DNA of 46,087 bases from Chitinophagaceae bacterium. Lineage in GTDB: Bacteria; Bacteroidota; Bacteroidia; Chitinophagales; Chitinophagaceae. The position numbers and the translations under genes were made by a program. Positions 10,552 through 19,090 of the stretch are shown in pieces (position 1 is the first letter of the stretch; the number at the start of each line of letters is the position of its first letter). Location: the NCBI GenBank assembly GCA_035550155.1, contig DASZPW010000159.1:1-46087 (forward strand), written 5' to 3'. The notes beneath the pieces are model-generated. The model was given only the letters and a program-made list of their open reading frames with translations, searched no databases and was not told the DNA's origin.

Positions 10552-10583
10552 CTTTTTATTCATTAACCTTAAAACTTAATTAT

Positions 10584-11078
10584 CTATGGGATCGGAGGGG
10601 AACTATTGTCATTGACTTTTTTGAAGAGCATCACGTAACCGCATAAATTCTTTTTCTTTTCTTTATTTACCTGCACGGGTTTCATCATGTGAAATTCTGA
10701 GAACTGGGGTACATAGGAATAAGAAATGATGTTGCCATCTATATCGCCCCACATTTTTTTCTGGTAGACCACTTGTTTTTCATCCCAATCATACATTCTT
10801 ACTTCATATAATTTGGAAGTGTGATCGCCGATGAAAACGAATTGATACCAGCTGCCCTGATTCAACGGTACAACAACGGGCATTTCGTATTCGCTTTCCA
10901 TAGTGATGGAAGCTTCTTTCAACAGCATAAAACCATCTTTTGAATAATAGGTTTTCAAGCTATCCACTTCTTTTTTGATGTAATCGTTATTGCAGGATTG
11001 AACACGGATGACGTCCTGGGAAGAAGCTGTAAAGTAACTCAGCAGCAACGAGACGAATATCAGATACGGCTTTTTCAT
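10584..11078 (-). CDS. Secreted hypothetical protein (164 aa)
   Basis: Track ORF 10584..11153. The internal ATG at 11078 starts a clear signal peptide, MKKPYLIFVSLLLSYFTASSQD. I recognise no family. Confidence 0.55.
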   Translation of the reverse strand: MKKPYLIFVSLLLSYFTASSQDVIRVQSCNNDYIKKEVDSLKTYYSKDGFMLLKEASITMESEYEMPVVVPLNQGSWYQFVFIGDHTSKLYEVRMYDWDEKQVVYQKKMWGDIDGNIISYSYVPQFSEFHMMKPVQVNKEKKKNLCGYVMLFKKVNDNSSPPIP

Positions 11079-11274
11079 AAGGGTCTTTAAACGGAATTGG
11101 TACGTTGATATAAAATTAGAATATAGCCTGCTATGATTGAAGCTTTTGAGCATAAAAATGCTTGTGTTTGGTATTTTTTCCTAAAGGGACAGCGGAAACT
11201 ACTAAGGAAACGGAGGGAGGTAAGGACTGAAGACGTACAAGATAGCCAAAAAATCCGTTTATACAAATATGCCT

Positions 11275-12036
11275 TTACGTCGTTCGATTGAAATAAACAG
11301 CATCGGCCTGCTGCAGGCAGGTAATGGATAAGTCGTTGATACAGACATGTGGCGGCAGCGTGGTACAATACCAGATTACTTCAGCTACATCTTCGGCACT
11401 TAATGGAACAAGTCCATCGTATATTTTTTTTGCAGTTGTTTCATCTCCTTTGAAACGAACAATGGAAAATTCCGTTTCTGCAGCCCCGGGATGAATGGCC
11501 GTTACTTTGATCCTATGTTTTAAAAGATCTATTCGCATGGCCTGGTTCAAAGCATCTACAGCAAATTTGCTGGCACAATACACATTCCCTTTTTCATACA
11601 CTTGTTTTCCGGCTACTGACCCCATGTTGATGATATGACCCTGTTTACGTTTTATCATAAATGGTACTACTGCTTTAGCGACGTACATCAGGCCTTTTAC
11701 ATTTGTATCGATCATCGTGTTCCAGTCTTCGAGATCACCTTCATCAAAATAACCCCGGCCCAATGCCAATCCTGCATTATTGATCAACACATCAATTTTT
11801 TGCCATTCTTCCGGTAAACTGCCAATGTTTTCAAAAACCGCTTTTTCATCTCGCACATCAAATGGTAGGAGCAGCGCTGCGGTGTTAAATTTCTTCTCTA
11901 ATTCTTGTTGCAGGGTTTCTAACCGTTCTTCTCTTCTTCCGTTCAGGATGAGATCATAGCCATTAGCTGCAAATTTTTCTGCACAGGCTTTTCCAAAACC
12001 TGAAGTGGCGCCGGTGATAAAAACTATTTTTTGCAT
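11275..12036 (-). CDS. SDR-family NAD(P)-dependent oxidoreductase (YdfG / serine 3-dehydrogenase-like)
   Basis: 253 aa with TGATSGFG (Rossmann TGxxxGxG), NNAG and the catalytic YCASKFA (YxxxK). Confidence 0.9.
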   Translation of the reverse strand: MQKIVFITGATSGFGKACAEKFAANGYDLILNGRREERLETLQQELEKKFNTAALLLPFDVRDEKAVFENIGSLPEEWQKIDVLINNAGLALGRGYFDEGDLEDWNTMIDTNVKGLMYVAKAVVPFMIKRKQGHIINMGSVAGKQVYEKGNVYCASKFAVDALNQAMRIDLLKHRIKVTAIHPGAAETEFSIVRFKGDETTAKKIYDGLVPLSAEDVAEVIWYCTTLPPHVCINDLSITCLQQADAVYFNRTT

Positions 12037-12105
12037 AGAGATGAAATTGAAAATTGAAATAGAATTTTCTCCTGCGAAGATAAAAGATAAGTAAGCAGGA
12101 TCAGT

Positions 12106-12900
12106 TTAAATACTGTTCAAAAAATTTTCAAGTATAGTATTGCTTTTTTCCTTTTCTTCCATCATGCCCATATGACCTGTTTGGGAAAGGATATAAATAA
12201 AAGCCTTATCCGGAATATGAGTTTGTTGTAGCAGGTCATTTTTCGGGATGGCATTATCGAATTGCCCGATCACGAAGAGAACAGGAACGAGGCTTTTTTT
12301 TAACAATGCCCTGCGATCAGGTCGCTGTATCATTGCTTCGTAATAAGCGATCAATGCTTCAGGAGTAAAATAATTCAGGCTAGTGATAAATGCATCAATT
12401 TCTTTTTTCATTGTATTTGTTGAAACCGGCGAAAACAAATTTGGCGATGTTGTTTTTAAAAATTCAAAAGCACCGTGTTGGTTAATGAATTCAATCCCTT
12501 TCCTTCTTGTCGCTTTTTTCTCTTCAGTATCTGAATATGAAGTGGAATGAAACAACCCGAATGCATTTAATGAGCTGGCGTATTTTTCAACGTATGCGAG
12601 TGTAATATATCCGCCCATGCTGTGACCGATCATGGTGCAAGAAGACATTTTTTCCTGATCCAAAATTTCATTGATCACTTCAGCCATTCCTTCCATACTC
12701 ATGTCATCAATCATTCCGGATTTGCCGCTACCGGGAAGATCTGGAATGATCAGTTGAAATTTTGATCTTAGAAATTCTATTTGATGGTTCCATACATTTC
12801 CATCTTCGCCAAAACCATGAATGAAAACAACCGGCTTTCCTGAACCGATTATCCGGTAATAAATCGAATTTCCTTCGTAGTCCAAATATTTTTCAGGCAT
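12106..12900 (-). CDS. Alpha/beta-fold hydrolase
   Basis: 264 aa with VVFIHGFGEDG and the nucleophile elbow GHSMGG. Its start overlaps the stop of the upstream DUF4105-like gene by 8 nt. Confidence 0.85.
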   Translation of the reverse strand: MPEKYLDYEGNSIYYRIIGSGKPVVFIHGFGEDGNVWNHQIEFLRSKFQLIIPDLPGSGKSGMIDDMSMEGMAEVINEILDQEKMSSCTMIGHSMGGYITLAYVEKYASSLNAFGLFHSTSYSDTEEKKATRRKGIEFINQHGAFEFLKTTSPNLFSPVSTNTMKKEIDAFITSLNYFTPEALIAYYEAMIQRPDRRALLKKSLVPVLFVIGQFDNAIPKNDLLQQTHIPDKAFIYILSQTGHMGMMEEKEKSNTILENFLNSI

Positions 12901-14062
12901 TAGTTTTCTGCTTTTTATAATGCACCAGGCTTCTTATCATTAAAATAAGCATGATCGGAATTAGTGCCGGATTCAGTTTTTGTAAACTCCATCCGAAAGC
13001 TATCAAAGCAACCAGAATAAGTAAATAGATCAACAAATAATTTTGCGCCCATTTCATTTTTTTATTGAGAAAAAATGCAATAACAATATGTGCCGGAAAA
13101 GCCCAGAGCAGGTTGAGATTGTATTTACAGGTTGGATGATCAGTGCCAAACCACATGAACAGCAATAAAATTCCTAAAGCACCGGTGAGGAAGAAAAGAA
13201 TGAAGTCAAAATATTTAAAGAATTGCCCGGATGTTTTAAGAAATGTTAGCGCCAGGATTATCAAAAATAAAATTGAGAAAACAATCATGGGAGAGAACCA
13301 AACTGTTTTTGGAGGCTGTACTACCGGTTCCAGTAATGTGATCTTTTGACTGACAAGTTTTTTATTGCCTATCGTGGTACTGTCAAATCCTTCCATTAAA
13401 TAATCTGGCAAGAACATCGCTTCGCTGTTGCTGATCTTTTTGTCCAATGGCATTCCCAATAAAATATCAATCCCGAGTTTGCTCCAGTATTCTTTTCCTT
13501 TATCCAGGTATTCATGGATAAGATTTCTGAAAGTTGTGTTCCCTTCCGGGCGAATATTTTTTGTCACTACCGGTTCTTTACTTTTTTTAAATACCATATC
13601 TCTCAGCCTTGTAGTGCAGTTGTCATAGACAAAGTCGTATTTGTAGTATTTATTTTCTTCTTTAGCGTTTTCATTCAGCGCCGCTAAAAGATTTTCTTTT
13701 TCTTCGCAGGAAAGATCTAAAACCTGCTCTGTAACTCCTCGGCCTTCATACTGATATTCCAGCATGAAATCATTAAAACTGCTGACGGAAACAAAATACA
13801 ACAGCTTGCCACGGATGAATTTTTCATAGAAATGGGGATCATCAAAATCAAAGGTCCCGTAATTAAAAACAATATCTGTGTTCGTGGATTGATCAATTAC
13901 CCTTAAAGCACTGTGGCCAAATGTGGAATAGAGTTCGGTGCCGGGGCTGCAGGTCAGCAGACTGATGCGGACATTGCAGTTTTGTTCTGCTGCAGAATCT
14001 GATTGAGCGTTTGTTGAATAACAAATTGCAAAAAGGAAAGCAGCAACAAATATTTTTTTCAA
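12893..14062 (-). CDS. DUF4105-like protein (periplasmic N-domain plus C-terminal polytopic membrane domain)
   Basis: Track ORF 12893..14182. A TTG at 14062 gives the signal-peptide-like N-terminus (M)KKIFVAAFLFAICYSTNAQ. It contains LLTCSPGTELYSTFGHSALRV, typical of DUF4105. The C-terminal third is hydrophobic and looks like several TM helices. Confidence 0.7.
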   Translation of the reverse strand: MKKIFVAAFLFAICYSTNAQSDSAAEQNCNVRISLLTCSPGTELYSTFGHSALRVIDQSTNTDIVFNYGTFDFDDPHFYEKFIRGKLLYFVSVSSFNDFMLEYQYEGRGVTEQVLDLSCEEKENLLAALNENAKEENKYYKYDFVYDNCTTRLRDMVFKKSKEPVVTKNIRPEGNTTFRNLIHEYLDKGKEYWSKLGIDILLGMPLDKKISNSEAMFLPDYLMEGFDSTTIGNKKLVSQKITLLEPVVQPPKTVWFSPMIVFSILFLIILALTFLKTSGQFFKYFDFILFFLTGALGILLLFMWFGTDHPTCKYNLNLLWAFPAHIVIAFFLNKKMKWAQNYLLIYLLILVALIAFGWSLQKLNPALIPIMLILMIRSLVHYKKQKTNA

Positions 14063-14191
14063 AACGGATTTGTTTATTACGAAAGATAAATAAAATGGAG
14101 AGCTAAAAAATGATCTTCCTGTTAAATAAACAGGATGCGAATAAAAATCACAATTGACATTATTTAATTTCCAAATTGTCAAATTGACTCA

Positions 14192-15688
14192 TTACTTTCT
14201 GCTATAATTCGGTGCTTCCCTGGTGATCTCAACATCATGTGCATGACTTTCTTTCATTCCTGCATTGGTGATCTTGATGAATCGTGCATTCTTTAATTCG
14301 GAAATATTACTGGCGCCGCAATAACCCATACCGGCTCTCAATCCTCCGGCAAACTGATATACGATCTCTTTTACCAAACCTTTATAAGCAACACGGCCTT
14401 CTATTCCTTCCGGAACAAATTTCTTTACATCATCTTCCACATCCTGGAAATAACGATCACTGCTGCCGGTAGCCATGGCTCCTAAAGAACCCATGCCACG
14501 ATATTCTTTGAATTTTCTTCCTTCATAAATGATCGTTTCACCAGGGCTTTCTTCAGTGCCGGCAAAAATGCTTCCCATCATTACACAATCAGCGCCGGCT
14601 GCCAATGCTTTTACCATATCTCCCGTGTATCGAATACCACCATCAGCTATGATCGGGATATTTTTTTCTTTTAGTACCGAATGAGCTTCCATTACTGCTG
14701 TGAGTTGAGGAACTCCTGCACCTGCTACTATTCGTGTAGTACAAATAGAACCTGGACCAATTCCTACTTTTACCGCATCTACTCCTGCTTCGGCTAATGC
14801 TTTCGCACCTGCTGCTGTTCCGATATTTCCGGCAATAACATTCAGATTTTTAAAATTCTTTTTTACATCTTTCAATGCATTGATTACTCCTTTACTGTGA
14901 CCGTGTGCACTGTCAAGTGCAATGACATCAACGCCGACATGTTGCAATGCAGCCACCCTGTCCATCAGGTCACGGGTAATACCCACACCTGCGCCGACGA
15001 GCAATCTTCCGAAAGCATCTTTTACTGCATGCGGATGACTTTTCAATTTTAAAATATCACTGTATGTAAAAAGACCTTTCAGTTTTCCATTTTTATCAAT
15101 GATCGGAAGTTTTTCAACTTTGGTTTTTTTAAAAAGTTGTTCTGCTTTTTTAAGATCCGTTCCTTCTGGTGCCGTAAAAAGATTTTCTTTCGTCATCACC
15201 TCGCTTACTTTTCGTTTCATATCTATTTCAAATCGTAGGTCACGATTGGTGAGAATGCCAACTAATTTTCCGTTCTTGTCAATGATTGGAATGCCGCCAA
15301 TCTTATTTTCTCTCATCAATCGAACAGCATCGCCGATGGTCGCATTGGCTGTCAGCGTAACCGGGTCAATGATCAGGCCGCTTTCACTTCGTTTTACTTT
15401 GCGAACCTGGTCTGCTTGTTTTTCAATACTCATGTTTTTATGAAGAATCCCGAGGCCGCCTTCCCTTGCCAGCGCAATAGCAAGATTCGCTTCCGTTACT
15501 GTATCCATTGCAGCGGAAAGCATCGGTACATTCAGTGTAATGTCTTTGGTAAGTCTTGTAGAGATGTCTACATTCCTTGGAAGTACCTGGCTATAACCGG
15601 GCATTAAAAGCACATCATCAAATGTGAGCCCTTCGCCAAAAAATTTCGTGGATTTGTCTGAGGTGGTGGGAATATTTCTTGTTGCCAT
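14192..15688 (-). CDS. guaB: IMP dehydrogenase
   Basis: Track ORF extends to 15712; ATG 15688 gives [33 protein letters not shown]. It has a CBS pair and the catalytic loop [11 protein letters not shown]. Confidence 0.95.
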   Translation of the reverse strand: MATRNIPTTSDKSTKFFGEGLTFDDVLLMPGYSQVLPRNVDISTRLTKDITLNVPMLSAAMDTVTEANLAIALAREGGLGILHKNMSIEKQADQVRKVKRSESGLIIDPVTLTANATIGDAVRLMRENKIGGIPIIDKNGKLVGILTNRDLRFEIDMKRKVSEVMTKENLFTAPEGTDLKKAEQLFKKTKVEKLPIIDKNGKLKGLFTYSDILKLKSHPHAVKDAFGRLLVGAGVGITRDLMDRVAALQHVGVDVIALDSAHGHSKGVINALKDVKKNFKNLNVIAGNIGTAAGAKALAEAGVDAVKVGIGPGSICTTRIVAGAGVPQLTAVMEAHSVLKEKNIPIIADGGIRYTGDMVKALAAGADCVMMGSIFAGTEESPGETIIYEGRKFKEYRGMGSLGAMATGSSDRYFQDVEDDVKKFVPEGIEGRVAYKGLVKEIVYQFAGGLRAGMGYCGASNISELKNARFIKITNAGMKESHAHDVEITREAPNYSRK

Positions 15689-15691
15689 GTG

Positions 15692-15699
15692 CAAAGATA
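15692..15699 (-). promoter_or_regulatory. Candidate -7 box (TATCTTTG) only 3 nt upstream of the guaB ATG
   Basis: The minus strand reads TTTG-N17-TATCTTTG-cac-ATG. This matches the Bacteroidota -33 TTTG / -7 TAnnTTTG architecture. Confidence 0.45.
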
Positions 15700-15770
15700 G
15701 GAGAAAACGCAAAATTCAAAATGCAAAATTCAAAAGTGAAATCATGTGCTTTTTGCAGTACCAATTTTTG

Positions 15771-15788
15771 ATCCGATAGCTATCGGAT
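15771..15788. repeat. Perfect 18-nt palindrome, member 3 (variant) of the hairpin family
   Basis: atccgatagctatcggat equals its own reverse complement. It lies between the stop of the T9SS cargo gene and the guaB promoter region and may act as a terminator. Confidence 0.65.
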
Positions 15789-15809
15789 TTTGACTTTTTA
15801 CTTTCGACT

Positions 15810-17828
15810 TTATCGTATCAGCATCACTGTTCCTTTTTGAAAAACTTTTTTTCCGGTGTCCCGGTTAGTATAACTCAGGAACCAAACAAATACGCCGGGA
15901 GGTTGTGGAATACCATTGATCGTTCCATCCCATTTTTGTTGCCAGTTGGAAGAGTTAAATACCAGTTGTCCCCAGCGATTATAGACTTTGAATTCAAGAT
16001 TATCTGCTTTGAGTGCATTGTGTGGCCAGAAATAATCATTCAACCCATCTCCGTTCGGAGTAAATGCAGAAGGAACAGCGATGAGACAATTATCCAGCAC
16101 TTTTAAATATTTTGTCAGCGAATCAGTGCAATTAAGGGCCGTGTTGGAAACGAGTAACTTGATGTTATAAAATGTTTCCCGGTTTGTATTTGGAAAATAT
16201 TGTGGCGGCGGATTCTGGACATTGCTGCTTCCGATCACATCAAATTTCCAGTTCCAGCTATTAATAGTACCGGAACTTTTATCCGTTACAGTTAATGCAT
16301 CTTCCGGACAAATAAAATCCGGCATATCAAAATCGGCTTTCACTTCATTATTAAAAGAAATAGTTTGAGATGTGGAGTCGCTGCAGGTGCCGTTACTTAC
16401 AAACAATTTTATTGTATTCGTACTTGTAGAAGTAAATGATTGTGTCGTAGTCTGTGTAAATACCTGTGTGTTGTTATTGATGATCCAGTTCCATTGGTTA
16501 ACATTATGAGCGCCATCATGAATAAAAGTGAGTGTATTGATGCGGCATCCTAACATAGAAGTATAAGTAAAATCTGCAGAAACGGTATCAACTGCTCCAA
16601 GTGAAAGAGTTTGTGGTAATATAGGCTGACCACACACATCGTAAATCGGACTGCCATCAAGTCCCGGTTGAATCGTTACGGTATAAGTTCCCCCGGTGTA
16701 GATCGGTGCACTCAATTTTAAAATGATATAATCTGTCTGGCCATTTACACAATTACCGGAAGCCGATGCGATAGAAACAGGAGAGGGGCCAGTGATCAAA
16801 AAATCAGAGCCACTTGCGGTGATGCTGGAGCAATTTATTTTTTTGGGAAAATAAAGTAACACTGAATCCGGGGCGCATCCCACTTTTCCAACACTGTCTG
16901 CCAATATGGGTTGTGGAATGATATATTGAAAATCTATTGCTTCTCCAACTGCAATGGAATTACCACAATCATCAAGCAGTGTATTTCCATCTGTTCCGGT
17001 TTTCATAACTAACTGGTAATTTCCTGATGCTAATGGATTGTTAAGCGTTATGATCACGGAATCCATATCGAATGATGCAGAACATAATGGTGCGACGGCG
17101 GAAGTTGCTGCTGAAGATGCCGGCGCAATGCCAAACTCACTACCATCGGAGCTTAGCGAATTACATCGTATTTTTTTATTCAATTTTAGCGTAAGCGTTT
17201 TTCCATCACAGTCTGGTACCACTTTGAGCATGTGAGGCTGCAATGGATCCGTAATAACAGCAGTGCCTCCGCCAAAAGAAAGTGAATATCCACTTTGCGA
17301 GTCGGTGAAGTGGCTTACCATTAATAAATAAGTGTGTCCTTGCAGCAATTGCGGCATAGTACTGAACGATGGCAAATTATCGGTTGGTACAGAAGCACAT
17401 TGAATATAATTTACTCCGGAAGCAGATGCACCTGTGGCGCCAAACGTGCCTGCCCAATTCCCGGTGACTACGAGTGAATGATCAGTATAAATATCATTCG
17501 GGTTATGACCGGTGATATCATACAATTGCCAATCATAATCATCCCCGGAGTTATTGGGAGTTATTAAAAATCCAAGAGTGCCGGAAGTGTAACAGGTAAA
17601 AACATAATAGAATGGATTTTTATCTCCATAGCCATCTGCCGTTGGACAACCGGGTACAAAAAGATCGCTGGTGCGGCAAATGGGAACGGTGGTTTGTTGA
17701 AAAACGGTAGTACCGCATACCGGAAAGGCAGTGGAAGGTGTTTGTCCTAATGCCGTGCATCTCTGTGAATGAACAGGTTTTGAAACAAATAGAAACAATG
17801 AAAAAAATAGTGGAGTGATAGATTTCAT
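15810..17828 (-). CDS. T9SS cargo protein with PKD-like repeats and a type-B C-terminal sorting domain (gliding-motility-associated CTD)
   Basis: The C-terminus AFTPNGDGLNDYFWP...FKVYNRWGQLVF...KGTVMLIR matches the type-B CTD pattern. The signal peptide is MKSITPLFFSLFLFVSKPVHSQ from ATG 17828; an alternative ATG lies at 17843 and the track ORF runs to 17885. Two PKD-like segments are present. Confidence 0.8.
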   Translation of the reverse strand: MKSITPLFFSLFLFVSKPVHSQRCTALGQTPSTAFPVCGTTVFQQTTVPICRTSDLFVPGCPTADGYGDKNPFYYVFTCYTSGTLGFLITPNNSGDDYDWQLYDITGHNPNDIYTDHSLVVTGNWAGTFGATGASASGVNYIQCASVPTDNLPSFSTMPQLLQGHTYLLMVSHFTDSQSGYSLSFGGGTAVITDPLQPHMLKVVPDCDGKTLTLKLNKKIRCNSLSSDGSEFGIAPASSAATSAVAPLCSASFDMDSVIITLNNPLASGNYQLVMKTGTDGNTLLDDCGNSIAVGEAIDFQYIIPQPILADSVGKVGCAPDSVLLYFPKKINCSSITASGSDFLITGPSPVSIASASGNCVNGQTDYIILKLSAPIYTGGTYTVTIQPGLDGSPIYDVCGQPILPQTLSLGAVDTVSADFTYTSMLGCRINTLTFIHDGAHNVNQWNWIINNNTQVFTQTTTQSFTSTSTNTIKLFVSNGTCSDSTSQTISFNNEVKADFDMPDFICPEDALTVTDKSSGTINSWNWKFDVIGSSNVQNPPPQYFPNTNRETFYNIKLLVSNTALNCTDSLTKYLKVLDNCLIAVPSAFTPNGDGLNDYFWPHNALKADNLEFKVYNRWGQLVFNSSNWQQKWDGTINGIPQPPGVFVWFLSYTNRDTGKKVFQKGTVMLIR

Positions 17829-17910
17829 AAAGCATGGTTTCATGCACCGGCAACAAGGATCAAATTTCGGAAATAAAATGCACAATGGGATGCCGCTTAT
17901 CCTTATAACG

Positions 17911-19014
17911 TTATTGTAACGAATACATTTTCCCGGGTGATGACTTAATTACGTTTTTTAATTCCAAATTCAAAATAGCTGCAGCCACAGCGCTACTGCT
18001 TGTTCCGCTCCGGAAATTGATCTCATCGATATGTACTGCTTCTTTTTCCTGTAAGATTTTTACCACCTTTTTTTCATCATCTGTGAGTTCTATAAAAAGC
18101 TCTTTTTGTTTCTTAACGGAAGTTTTCTTTTTTTCTTCCCAACCCATGGACTGAATCAGATCTTCTGCTTTTGTAATCAACGTTGCTTTATTATTTCTGA
18201 TCAGGTAATTACACCCGGTGCTTTTGTTGTCAGTGGTTTTTCCCGGAAATGCAAACAGGTCTTTATTGTAACCATTGGCCAGTTCAGCAGTGATCATGCT
18301 TCCGCCCCGGATATCTGTTTCCACAACAATTATTGCATCACTCATGCCGGCCACAATCCGGTTGCGAATGGGAAAATTATGTTTGTCCGGTTTCCTGTTA
18401 CTGCGAAATTCGGTCAGTAATCCACCGCCATGCCGTATCATGTCCCTGGCAAGACCCGCATGTTCTGCCGGGTAGATCTGATCTAACCCATGTGCCAATA
18501 CTCCAATAGTCGGTAAATTATTTTTAATGGCTGCTTTGTGCGCCAATGCATCTACACCGAATGCAAGACCGCTCACTACAAAGACATGTTGTTCTGCCAG
18601 GTCATTGATCAGTTTATCTGTCAGTTGTCTTGCATACTCGGTGTGACTTCTTGTACCGATCACCGCAACGACTTTGGAACTATTCAGATCAGCTTTGCCT
18701 TTGTAAAATAAAAGAGTGGGAGAGTCGTAACAATTCAGTAATCGTTTGGGATAATCCGCATCAGTAATAAAAAGCGGACGAATTTTGAATTTCTCGATGA
18801 ATTTTATTTCCTTCTCTGCATTGGAAAAATCAGTGAATGATTTAATGGAATGCGCTCTTATTTCCCCGATGCCTTCAATATTTTTCAGGCTGGATTCCTT
18901 TGCTTTGAAAATTGCATCGGCTTCGCCAAAATGCTCGATCAGGATCTTTGCCTGCACACAACCTATATTCGGAATTTCGGTAAGGGCAAGCTGGTATAAG
19001 AGTTCTTGGTTCAT
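17911..19014 (-). CDS. dprA: DNA-processing protein DprA (Smf)
   Basis: 367 aa with an N-terminal SAM/HhH-like region (IPNIGCVQAKILIEHFG), a Rossmann-like core (VAVIGTRSHTEYARQ...SGLAFGVDALAHKAA...AHGLDQIYP) and a C-terminal wHTH. Confidence 0.9.
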   Translation of the reverse strand: MNQELLYQLALTEIPNIGCVQAKILIEHFGEADAIFKAKESSLKNIEGIGEIRAHSIKSFTDFSNAEKEIKFIEKFKIRPLFITDADYPKRLLNCYDSPTLLFYKGKADLNSSKVVAVIGTRSHTEYARQLTDKLINDLAEQHVFVVSGLAFGVDALAHKAAIKNNLPTIGVLAHGLDQIYPAEHAGLARDMIRHGGGLLTEFRSNRKPDKHNFPIRNRIVAGMSDAIIVVETDIRGGSMITAELANGYNKDLFAFPGKTTDNKSTGCNYLIRNNKATLITKAEDLIQSMGWEEKKKTSVKKQKELFIELTDDEKKVVKILQEKEAVHIDEINFRSGTSSSAVAAAILNLELKNVIKSSPGKMYSLQ

Positions 19015-19090
19015 TGGTCAGGAATGAAAAATAAAAATAACTAAAACAAATTTTTCCTCCATGAACCGTTTGAACAATTGGCTCAATAAC

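Noticed and set aside
10320-10583. A 264-nt ORF-free gap after sprA, considered as a possible small RNA gene.
   Set aside because: Apart from the terminal hairpin at 10537-10551 I see no conserved-looking structure, promoter box or repeat. Without comparative or expression data an ncRNA call is not supportable.
11087-11368. A 93-aa minus-strand ORF bridging the SDR gene's 3' end and the upstream region of the 164-aa secreted protein.
   Set aside because: It overlaps the well-supported SDR gene, which ends at 11275, in another frame. It has Cys/Leu/Ser-rich composition with no motif and is probably spurious.
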